32,000 nucleotides of DNA, taken from NCBI RefSeq assembly GCF_029232205.1, contig NZ_CP107255.1, positions 1,014,960 to 1,046,959 of the forward strand, in the 5' to 3' direction. Shown here one piece after another: positions 23,791-31,700 of the stretch (position 1 is its first letter; every line of letters starts with the position of its first letter). The position numbers were made by a program, and so were the translations under genes. The stretch comes from Candidatus Saccharimonadota bacterium. Its GTDB lineage: Archaea; Nanohalarchaeota; Nanosalinia; Nanosalinales; Nanosalinaceae. The notes below the pieces were generated by a model, which worked only from the letters and a program-made list of their open reading frames with translations, did not search any database and was not told where the DNA came from.

Positions 23791-24621
23791 ATGAAAACAA
23801 AAATCTACAAGAGGTACAAGTATGATGTATTTCCTCGGATAGGACATCTTCGAGGTACAACGAGAGTTAAAGATATTTTAGAGAAAATAGCTCAGACAGG
23901 TATAGAGAAGATAGATGAGGAAAATATAGAGCACATTTATGAGAAGGACTGGGATAATCTGATTATTCTTGATGCCTCCCGACATGATACGTATCAAGAA
24001 ACACTGAATCCTGATTCTGATAGCAGGATAACTGCTCAAAGCCATTCAAGAGGGTTTATTAGGGAAAATTTTTCAGAAGGAGATTGGTCTGATACCGTTG
24101 TCATAACTGCAAATCCTTTCTACAATGAAGAAGAGTTTGAGAAACTGGTAGGAGCGAAACCAGAGGAGATTTTTGAAACAATTTTTCAGGTCTGGAATAC
24201 CGATTGGAATGAAAAGCATGGTACGGTAATGCCAGATAAAGTGGTTGAAAAAGTTAAAACCGCGGACAAACTATTCCCCGAAAAGAGAAAGATCATTCAT
24301 TTCATGCAACCTCATTACCCTTTCATTAACTCCAATATAGACGATACTAGCTTCGAAGACGCGGTTTTGAAAGAAGATTATGATGATATATGGGAGAAAA
24401 CGGAGAAAGGTGAGACAGAACCAGAAGAAGTAAGAAAGGCTTATCTGGACAACCATAATACTGTTGTGCAACACGTTGAGAAAATTCAAGATCTTTTAGA
24501 CGGGAAAACAGTAGTAACCGCAGATCATGGAAACCTGCTAGGAGAGAATGGTTTTTGGGGGCACCCCGGCAATTCTAATCTAAAACCTCTGAGGAAGGTT
24601 CCATGGGATGTGTTACAATGA
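23791..24621 (+). CDS. Small alkaline-phosphatase-superfamily protein (sulfatase/PglZ/NPP-like core); paralog of 27890..28774
   Basis: WDNLIILDASRHD, IHFMQPHYPFI and VVTADHGNLLGENGFWGHPG match the metal-ligand motifs of the AP superfamily. There is no signal peptide or TM segment. Confidence 0.5.
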   Translation: MKTKIYKRYKYDVFPRIGHLRGTTRVKDILEKIAQTGIEKIDEENIEHIYEKDWDNLIILDASRHDTYQETLNPDSDSRITAQSHSRGFIRENFSEGDWSDTVVITANPFYNEEEFEKLVGAKPEEIFETIFQVWNTDWNEKHGTVMPDKVVEKVKTADKLFPEKRKIIHFMQPHYPFINSNIDDTSFEDAVLKEDYDDIWEKTEKGETEPEEVRKAYLDNHNTVVQHVEKIQDLLDGKTVVTADHGNLLGENGFWGHPGNSNLKPLRKVPWDVLQ

Positions 24622-25658
24622 AAGTTTTGATGACTCCTTTTGTTGAGAATCCTTATCAGTCTATACTCAAGGAGAAGTTGGAGGATAGAAATATAGAAGT
24701 TGCTTCTGAAAAGTTTATTCCCGGATATAAACTGTTTTTAGAGGTTCTAAGCGAATGTCCTGACGTTATTCATTTGAACTGGGTTGATAGATTCTATATT
24801 ACTACAGACGACGTTTTATGGAAAAATTTGGCCGCAGGAGTCTTTTTTAGTTTTAATTTGATCCTAGTCAGTTTTTTCACCAGGATTGTGTGGACTGCCC
24901 ATAATAAGCATAATCATGAAGAAAAGTCTCCTAGATTGGATTGGATAATGAGAAAGTTTGTTTTCTGGATTTCTGATAGTGTCCAAGTTTGGGAGAAGAA
25001 TAGTAAGAGGGAGTTGTGCAAGTATTTGAATGTGAGTGATGAGAAAATAATTCAAATTCCGCACGGAAATTACCTTCCTGTTCACCCCGAGGAAAATCTT
25101 CCAAGCCAAGAGAATGCTAGAAAAGAACTTAATCTAGAAATGAAATCTAAAATTATTTTATTTTTTGGCAATATCAGGCCTTACAAGCAGGTTCCTCTAC
25201 TTGCTGAAAAGTTTGAAGAACTGAAGGATGATAATTCAAAACTCTTAATTGTTGGTCGTGCCAGACAGCAAGAAACTAAAAACAAACTTTCTACTATTGC
25301 TGAAAAAAGCGAAGATATTGAATTCATAGAAGGATTTATTGATGAAAATGATGTTCCTCTATATTTCAGAGCATCAGACATAGTAGCCCTGCCTTTCCGC
25401 GACATCTTTAATTCAGGCAGCATTATTATGGCTATGAGTATGGGAAGAGCAGTTTTGACCCCTAAAATAAAAATAATTAATTCTGTGGTTCCTAACAGCA
25501 ATATTCTTTACGAGAATATTAGTGAGGGAATGAAGAGGCTATTTAGCGAAGATAGGAAGAATATGAGAAAAATTGGAGATCAGAACCTAGAACATGCAAA
25601 ATTAGAAAATAATTGGAACGAAATCACTGATAAAACAGTAAAAATGTACAGAGCCTAG
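24618..25658 (+). CDS. GT-B glycosyltransferase (group 1 / GT4 family)
   Basis: The C-terminal domain (FFGNIRPYKQV...LLIVGRA...ASDIVALPFRDIFNSGSIIMAMSMGRAVLTP) is typical of GT4. The ATG at 24618 overlaps the upstream stop in an ATGA arrangement. Confidence 0.8.
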   Translation: MKVLMTPFVENPYQSILKEKLEDRNIEVASEKFIPGYKLFLEVLSECPDVIHLNWVDRFYITTDDVLWKNLAAGVFFSFNLILVSFFTRIVWTAHNKHNHEEKSPRLDWIMRKFVFWISDSVQVWEKNSKRELCKYLNVSDEKIIQIPHGNYLPVHPEENLPSQENARKELNLEMKSKIILFFGNIRPYKQVPLLAEKFEELKDDNSKLLIVGRARQQETKNKLSTIAEKSEDIEFIEGFIDENDVPLYFRASDIVALPFRDIFNSGSIIMAMSMGRAVLTPKIKIINSVVPNSNILYENISEGMKRLFSEDRKNMRKIGDQNLEHAKLENNWNEITDKTVKMYRA

Positions 25659-26974
25659 ATTTGACCTCCATACAGTATCGAGGCCTTGTTTTGGAGTTCT
25701 TCTGGTATATCGATAGGACTGTTTTCTGTCAGGTCTTTGAATGGCCAGGCCTTTTCTCCATCGGTTGTTAGGTCGTATTTTGCTTTTGAGTTGATGAGTG
25801 AGAAGCTTTTGCGGTTGTATATTTCTTCGCATCCTTCTGGTATTTTTCGTCCGAACTGTTTGATGAATCCTTTTCTGCCGAAGTATTCGGAGTTCAGTAT
25901 TTCTTCACTCCCTATTTTGCCGTCTTTGATCAGGTTCTGTATTATATCTATCACTTCTGTGTGGCTGTAGAGGCCTTTTTCATCTATTTTGAGCTCTAGT
26001 TCTTTTCCTTTGCTGAAGATTATGCATGGGACTTCTATGAGTTCCTTGTATGTTCCTAGGTGGTGGCCGATCAGTTTGGTTCCCTGTTGTTCGTATTCTC
26101 CTATCAGCTCGCCGTGATCTCCGATAACTACGAATACTGTGTCTTCTGGGGCTTTTTCATAAAAGTCCTTTATTTTTCTGTCTGCGTATCTTATGGAGGC
26201 CTTGTATGCTTTTTCTCTCGTTTCTAGTTTTCTGTCGGAGAATCCTTCTGGAAGGTAGTCTTCTATTATCTTGGTCTGTGAGGCCTCCATTATCTCTTTT
26301 TCGTTGTGATCGGCCAGGAATTCTTCTCTATCTTCTTCATCGAAGGTGTATGGCGAGTGTACGGGCATGATGTTGACGAAGACGAATTCGTCTTCCTGTG
26401 ATTCAAGTTTTCTATTCGCTTCTTCCAAGGTCCTCACTGTTTTACCTGAGTTATAGTCTGCTTCTCTTGAACTGAATTTGTCGATTATGTGGCCGAGGAA
26501 GCTTTTTGCCGATTCGAGATCTTTTTTCTTTACTGTTTCTTTGAAGAAGTACTTGTATTTTTCTCTTCTTCCTGAGAACTCATCGTCTTTTTGCCATATC
26601 TCTTTCCAGGTCTTGCCACCGAGATCTTCAGTGGTCTGCACAAATTCCTGAAATCCTTCGGCGAATCCTGTTTCTTCGGTTATCAGATGGTTTTCTGTGA
26701 AAGCAGAGGTCTTGAAGTCTTCTGACTCCAGCACTGAAGTCAGCCTGTTTTCCTCGCTGAAGTAGGTATTTTCCGTTGTTGTGCCGTGTTCAGAAGGAAG
26801 TTTTCCTGAGAAAAGCGAGGCGTGAGCTGGTACTGTCCACGGTGAACTGGCATAGTAATGTTCGAGGTATATGTCTTCTTCTGCTTTCTCTGATAGGAAT
26901 GGAGCTATTGATCTATCTTTTACGAAGTCCTTTCTTCTCCAGGTGTCGACTACTAGAAGAACGATATTTGTCAT
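25655..26974 (-). CDS. Cytoplasmic sulfatase-fold (AP superfamily) enzyme with a non-canonical T-x-P-x-H nucleophile motif
   Basis: 439 aa. VLLVVDTWR supplies the first metal Asp. YASSPWTVPAHASLFSGKLPSEHG aligns with the sulfatase signature y-a-x-x-p-x-C-x-P-x-R-a-x-l-l-T-G-x-x-P-x-x-H-G, but with C changed to T and R changed to H. MPVHSPY and VIGDHGELIGE are also present. There is no signal peptide. Confidence 0.75.
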   Translation of the reverse strand: MTNIVLLVVDTWRRKDFVKDRSIAPFLSEKAEEDIYLEHYYASSPWTVPAHASLFSGKLPSEHGTTTENTYFSEENRLTSVLESEDFKTSAFTENHLITEETGFAEGFQEFVQTTEDLGGKTWKEIWQKDDEFSGRREKYKYFFKETVKKKDLESAKSFLGHIIDKFSSREADYNSGKTVRTLEEANRKLESQEDEFVFVNIMPVHSPYTFDEEDREEFLADHNEKEIMEASQTKIIEDYLPEGFSDRKLETREKAYKASIRYADRKIKDFYEKAPEDTVFVVIGDHGELIGEYEQQGTKLIGHHLGTYKELIEVPCIIFSKGKELELKIDEKGLYSHTEVIDIIQNLIKDGKIGSEEILNSEYFGRKGFIKQFGRKIPEGCEEIYNRKSFSLINSKAKYDLTTDGEKAWPFKDLTENSPIDIPEELQNKASILYGGQI

Positions 26975-27897
26975 TTTAACACGTCCTTGGCCTTTACAGC
27001 CAGCTGCATCATGTCAAGGCCTGTGGTTCTTCTAACAGTATAGAGAGTCATTAGTGCATAGGCCTCTGGTTCCAGTAAATTGTTCTTCAGGGTTTTAGAG
27101 AGATGTCTTCGGACGCCCTCATTGTCACCGAGAGTGTACTGTTTTTTGGCTCTATTGAGATGATGTTGTGCTTTAACTTTACTTCCTGCTTGATCAAGAA
27201 GCTCTGAATATTTTTCCGTTATTTTTTCACGGCCTTCGGTGGCTATATCCATCTGAGAGCTTTTAGAGTTATTTTCTTGTTGATATCTTACCAGTGGCTC
27301 GTCTATGTATCCAAATGTACATCCTTCTTTGATCAGTCTGATCCATAGATCCCAGTCCTCGCCGCTGGGTATATCCTCGTCGAAGCCGTCTATTCTCTCC
27401 AGGTACTTCTTTGTAACTGTTACTTTTGATGGGGATCCTATCATGTCTTTTTCAAGTATGTCTTCAAGACCTATCTCTCCTCTCTTTCGGACTATATCTT
27501 TTACCTCTCCGTCTCTGTACATTTCTATGGCAGAGTAAACTGCGTCATACTCATTGTTTTCAAAGGCGTCTAATTCTCTTTCCAGTTTTTCCGGCTTCCA
27601 CCAGTCATCATCGTCTAGAAACGCAATGTATTCTCCTTCTGAGTTCTCTATACCTAGATTACGGGCAGAAGATACTCCCTGTTTATCACTGTTGATTAGA
27701 AGTTTTACAGAGAATGATGCTTGTTCTCTAAATTCTTCAACTATTTCACGGACTTTTTCCCTGTATTCTTTTTCAGGGTTATCATCTATTACTAATAGCT
27801 CAAAATCTCTGTATGTCTGACTTTTGATGCTATCAAGAGCTCTAACAAGCTCATCTGTTCTCTGGTATGTCGGAACTACAACAGAGAATTCAGTCAA
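26971..27897 (-). CDS. GT2-family glycosyltransferase
   Basis: FSVVVPTYQRTDELVRALDSIKSQTYRDFELLVIDDNP, then FLDDDDWW (D-x-D) and the E-D-W-D region, form a classic GT2 signature. Confidence 0.88.
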   Translation of the reverse strand: MTEFSVVVPTYQRTDELVRALDSIKSQTYRDFELLVIDDNPEKEYREKVREIVEEFREQASFSVKLLINSDKQGVSSARNLGIENSEGEYIAFLDDDDWWKPEKLERELDAFENNEYDAVYSAIEMYRDGEVKDIVRKRGEIGLEDILEKDMIGSPSKVTVTKKYLERIDGFDEDIPSGEDWDLWIRLIKEGCTFGYIDEPLVRYQQENNSKSSQMDIATEGREKITEKYSELLDQAGSKVKAQHHLNRAKKQYTLGDNEGVRRHLSKTLKNNLLEPEAYALMTLYTVRRTTGLDMMQLAVKAKDVLK

Positions 27898-28774
27898 TTT
27901 TTATCCCTTCTACTTCCAGCCATGGGACTGTATACTGTTTAGGGTTATCGCTTTCTTCTTGGTGGCCCCAGTCATTGTGTTCTCCAAGAGCTTCTCCGTG
28001 ATCTGCTGTGACTATTACGTTTCCATCAAGTTCATTGACAAGTCTTGCCACCTGCTCCAAAGCCATCCTCAGATCCTGCTGGTAGTAATCTCTGACTCCA
28101 TCTTCTCCTATTTCCTGGACTAGTGCTCCCCAGTGCGGGTTTTTCAGACCTACCATGTTCTTGATCTTCCATCTGGTTCTGTAAGGTAGCTTCCAGAAAA
28201 ACTTGCTCCAGTAAGGTCTCGTTGTCTCAATAAGATCTCTTTTCAAAGTAGTTTCTTCTTCATATTCTTTACCCTCTGCTAGAGACCCTACTTTTTCGTG
28301 ATCATCCCAGGGCTTTGATTTGACAGGACAGCTGATATAAGGCCTGTGTGGCTGTATATAGTGTATTATCATTTTTCCGCTGTTGTCCTCTTCCAGCGCA
28401 ATATCTGTTACATCTTCAGGCCTTACGGTGTTTTCTTCTTCGTCCCATTTTATGTCCCAGACGTCTATTATTTCTGTGAACTTGTTGACTGCGTTCCAGT
28501 CCTCTTCGTATCCTGGCATCTGGTCCTGATGGCTTACTCCTTTACCGTTGCAGTAAGGATTGGCTGAGATATACTTGTAGTTGTAGCGTGAGGTAAATGT
28601 CTTTCTCAACCATTCGGGGGTTGATGTTCCTTTTGTTCTTTTCTTGGAGAGATTTCCTTCAAGGAAGTCCTGATAGTTTTCTTTGAAAAAGTCATACCTG
28701 CACGCATCTAGAACAATCAGATAATCCCAATCTGTACCATTTACATCCTGTGTTTCAAGTTCCATATCTGTCAC
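27890..28774 (-). CDS. Small alkaline-phosphatase-superfamily protein; paralog of 23791..24621
   Basis: WDYLIVLDACRYD, YISANPY, IHYIQPHRPYI, IVTADHGEALGEHNDWGH and VPW are colinear with the same motifs in the 23791..24621 product. Confidence 0.5.
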   Translation of the reverse strand: MTDMELETQDVNGTDWDYLIVLDACRYDFFKENYQDFLEGNLSKKRTKGTSTPEWLRKTFTSRYNYKYISANPYCNGKGVSHQDQMPGYEEDWNAVNKFTEIIDVWDIKWDEEENTVRPEDVTDIALEEDNSGKMIIHYIQPHRPYISCPVKSKPWDDHEKVGSLAEGKEYEEETTLKRDLIETTRPYWSKFFWKLPYRTRWKIKNMVGLKNPHWGALVQEIGEDGVRDYYQQDLRMALEQVARLVNELDGNVIVTADHGEALGEHNDWGHQEESDNPKQYTVPWLEVEGIKID

Positions 28775-28797
28775 TTATGTCTGTATTTATTTAGAGG

Positions 28798-30084
28798 CTA
28801 CTCAAGCATGATTTTTATTTTGGTTTCAAGTTCTTCCTGATCTTCGAAACAATCAGATTCTTCAGAGTGACATCTCTGATCTGAGATGAACTGGAAATCT
28901 TTCAGGTGCGAGTTTATTACAAGGCCTTTATCCTGTTTGATCGCTGCCTTCGAGCTGTTGTAGGAGAACTTTTTCTTCAGGCCTTCGAAATTCTCTGTGT
29001 TATTTTCTTCCTGCATGCTGGCCATCTCTTTCCATCCTGCATACTCCGAGTATACCGTCTCGCTTGTCTCTAACTCGCCACCTAGTATCAGTTTTTCAAG
29101 TTTCCTCCAGGAAAAGTTTTCCTCAACAGTTTCGTTAGGTATTCCATCGCCAGCAACTATCAGCGGAACACGTATCGATTTCTCCCATATTCCACATTGG
29201 TGGAAGTATGCACCGTGTTCTCCAAAGTTTTCCCCATGATCACTGGTAACTATGAAAACCAGGTCATCCAGTTCTTCATTAAGATAATTATACAGTGATT
29301 CCAGTTTATCATCAAGATATCTTATAGATGAATCATAGAGATCGATTAATTCTTGATCGCTGCAGCTAGGGAAACCCTGGTAGAATATATCTGGTTTTTC
29401 GGAGTTAAGATGATCTTTCATGTGTCTGGAGATTTTCTCAGATGCGTTATCTGTAAACTGTTCTGCGTACTCTTCTGGGGGATTGTAAGGTAGATGAACA
29501 TCTGTATAGTTTATGAACAGGAAGTTAGGCCTATCTCCAGCTTGGATTTCCTTCCGTGTTATTTCTTCTATTGTATCAGCTCCTCTGCTCGAACCTCCTG
29601 TGATTTTGCTGTGAATAAGTTTTAGGCCTTTTCTTAAGGTTCCTATATCCGGGTTTTTCAGGGCTTTTATTGCTGCTCTTAGCAAGTCCTGAGAGTTTTC
29701 TGTATCGAAGTCAAAGACTTCGTGGAAAGATTTGAAACCTCGATCAAAATTAAGGTCTGCTGAAACAAGGCTATTCGCAGATATTCCTACAGTATTGTAT
29801 CCTTCTTCAGAAAGATCCTCTACGAAAGATCTTTCATCAAACATCATCGAACCTGTGGTAACATCATGTTCTGAAGGAAGCTTGCCACTGAAAAGAGATG
29901 CATGAGAGGGAGCTGTCCACGGAGCATTGGTATATGCGTTCTCCACAAGAAGATTTTTTCCAGCAAGATCTGTCAGAAAAGGCGCAGTATCTCTATCATA
30001 ACCATAGAATGGCAGGTGAAATGCAGAAAGAGTGTCTGCAACAATAAGGACAACATTCTTATCGTCAATATCTATTTTACTCAT
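28798..30084 (-). CDS. Cytoplasmic sulfatase-fold (AP superfamily) enzyme with the T-x-P-x-H motif; paralog of 25655..26974
   Basis: 428 aa. Motifs present are VVLIVADTL, YTNAPWTAPSHASLFSGKLPSEHD, DVHLPYNPP and VTSDHGENFGEHG. There is no signal peptide. Confidence 0.75.
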   Translation of the reverse strand: MSKIDIDDKNVVLIVADTLSAFHLPFYGYDRDTAPFLTDLAGKNLLVENAYTNAPWTAPSHASLFSGKLPSEHDVTTGSMMFDERSFVEDLSEEGYNTVGISANSLVSADLNFDRGFKSFHEVFDFDTENSQDLLRAAIKALKNPDIGTLRKGLKLIHSKITGGSSRGADTIEEITRKEIQAGDRPNFLFINYTDVHLPYNPPEEYAEQFTDNASEKISRHMKDHLNSEKPDIFYQGFPSCSDQELIDLYDSSIRYLDDKLESLYNYLNEELDDLVFIVTSDHGENFGEHGAYFHQCGIWEKSIRVPLIVAGDGIPNETVEENFSWRKLEKLILGGELETSETVYSEYAGWKEMASMQEENNTENFEGLKKKFSYNSSKAAIKQDKGLVINSHLKDFQFISDQRCHSEESDCFEDQEELETKIKIMLE

Positions 30085-30907
30085 TTATTTTCTCCTCGTA
30101 GTCTCTCACTAACTGTTCAAAGCTTTTATCCTGAACTACTTCCACATTCTCATAGTTCTCTTCCAGCCATTCTGCAAAGTTTTTCTGGTGGCCTCCTGCA
30201 TGGCTTGAAGGCCTTACTATGACTTTTTCTGCAAGGTTTGCTGCTTCATAACTTGTCATTCCTCCTCTAGTTACCACTGTCTCAGTTCTCCCCATCAAGT
30301 CCAGGAACTCGCTGTGTGAAATGTCTTTCCAGTATTTTTCCTGTAGCTCCGGATCGTTGCTGGAAGGTATTATCAGTAATTCGTTGTCCTTTTCCCCGGA
30401 TTCATGTTCTGAAAAGTCTCTGAACTGGATGATCTGTTTGTTCTCAACCCTCTCTGTATCATACTTATCAAGTAATTCGTCCTGGGACACCCATACACGC
30501 GTATTAGATAATTTGGAAAGCATCTTTGGTGTAAGAGATGGCTGTTTCGTCCTGTTTTCTGCCTCTACAGCTATCACGTCTATGCCTTTGAGGCCTGCGA
30601 TAAGGCCTATAGGAAAAGAAGTGTTTGCTCCGTAAGCGACTACTTTTTCCGGCTTTTCTTCTCTCAGTATTCTCCAAGATCTGTAGAAGTTTTTTAGTGT
30701 TCTTAGAGGTCTGTAGAGTTTTGCTCCTGTAGGCCTGAAACTTGGTACTCGATAGATCTTGTCTGCGAAGCTGTAATCGTATTCGTCCTGGTGATCTGTG
30801 ACTATTATGTATTCTGGATCCTCTATCTCCTCTTCGATTCTGGCCTTGATTGCTGGTGTAGCGGTTGCATGGCCTGAATGTCTTGAACCGAGCATTATCT
30901 TAGTCAT
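30077..30907 (-). CDS. Fused Alg14-like/Alg13-like GT-B glycosyltransferase (GT28/MurG-related; candidate Dol-PP-GlcNAc beta-1,4-GlcNAc transferase)
   Basis: The N-terminal half (MLGSRHSGHAT..., KPEKVVAYGANTSFPIGLIAGLKGIDVIAVEAENRTKQPSLTPKML) is colinear with the Alg14 pattern (GSGGHT...kPd.vi.nGpg...p......g.k.iyiEs.aRv..lSltGkl). The C-terminal half (TVVTRGGMTSYEAANLAEKVIVRPS...GGHQKNFAEWLEE) resembles Alg13/MurG C-terminal domains. This assignment rests on pattern recall. Confidence 0.5.
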   Translation of the reverse strand: MTKIMLGSRHSGHATATPAIKARIEEEIEDPEYIIVTDHQDEYDYSFADKIYRVPSFRPTGAKLYRPLRTLKNFYRSWRILREEKPEKVVAYGANTSFPIGLIAGLKGIDVIAVEAENRTKQPSLTPKMLSKLSNTRVWVSQDELLDKYDTERVENKQIIQFRDFSEHESGEKDNELLIIPSSNDPELQEKYWKDISHSEFLDLMGRTETVVTRGGMTSYEAANLAEKVIVRPSSHAGGHQKNFAEWLEENYENVEVVQDKSFEQLVRDYEEKINE

Positions 30908-31664
30908 AGAATTTCAGCTTGTTGATGTAGTTTTTGATGACATTTACCATGGATGAGCCTGCTGCCTGTTCGATATGATAGACATAGGCATCAGCTGTTT
31001 TTTCCTCCAGCCATTCCAGAGTATGTTCTTTGGAAGTCATTTTTTCGACGTTTCCTGATGCTGTGGCCAGGGCAAGTGCATACTGTTCCCTATGATTCAC
31101 TTTTCCTCTCTGGATATCCATCTCCTGGAAGTATTTCAGCCATTTATCCTCGAGGCCTCTGTGAAAACCGTTTTTGAATATCAGGAAACCGGCATTCGGC
31201 ATCCAGTCAGTATAAGGCTCTTCATGCTTTTCGAAAAGAGGTTTCCATTCCTCTTCCTCCGGAGGTTCCTCAGGTCGGGCCTTGAACTCGAAGTCTCCTT
31301 CAAGAACATCCCATATATTATTGCCAACTACAGTATCACAGTCGAGAAATACTACGTTTTCTTCTTCTAGTGAGCAGAGGTTGATTTTCTCTCCGTAGTG
31401 TCTTTCTGGAAGTGATCGTGAAACGTTGAAGGCCTCTGTCTGGTTTTCTTTCTTGATTATTTCTGCGCCCGTCTCCTCGAGAATTTCTTCATCTTCTTTG
31501 TCGTACGGAGGTGTGTAGAATATCTTGATCTGTTCTGGTTCGACATGGTTTTTCAGAGTCGCTATCGATCTCAGGCATTGCTGGACCATTTTGTTTCTGC
31601 TGCTGAGCGTGTATACAAAAGCTGTTTTTTCTCTGTCAACCATGCAGTAGTATTGCAACTGCAT
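30900..31664 (-). CDS. GT-A fold nucleotide-diphospho-sugar transferase (GT8-like, D-x-D); paralog of 22890..23780
   Basis: VVFLDCDTVV contains D-x-D. FKARPEE, MPNAGFLIF and REQYALALA are colinear with FLAKPVD, YFNAGVVV and SDQIALGLL of the paralog. An alternative start is the ATG at 31643. Confidence 0.5.
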   Translation of the reverse strand: MQLQYYCMVDREKTAFVYTLSSRNKMVQQCLRSIATLKNHVEPEQIKIFYTPPYDKEDEEILEETGAEIIKKENQTEAFNVSRSLPERHYGEKINLCSLEEENVVFLDCDTVVGNNIWDVLEGDFEFKARPEEPPEEEEWKPLFEKHEEPYTDWMPNAGFLIFKNGFHRGLEDKWLKYFQEMDIQRGKVNHREQYALALATASGNVEKMTSKEHTLEWLEEKTADAYVYHIEQAAGSSMVNVIKNYINKLKFYD

Positions 31665-31700
31665 TTATTTAGGCCTTTACAGAGGTAGATTGCCAAAATA

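Noticed and set aside
25655-30084. Annotating the two large AP-superfamily proteins as genuine (aryl)sulfatases
   Set aside because: The formylglycine precursor motif C/S-x-P-x-R is replaced by T-x-P-x-H in both, and neither has an export signal. I kept them only as sulfatase-fold enzymes of unknown specificity.
13766-31680. A longer shared motif GGCCTTTAC, seen near 13770, 15200, 16890, 26990 and 31675
   Set aside because: There are only four or five copies, in heterogeneous contexts (coding, spacer, both orientations). Given about 90 AGGCCT sites the excess is marginal, so I treat it as a subset of the AGGCCT phenomenon.
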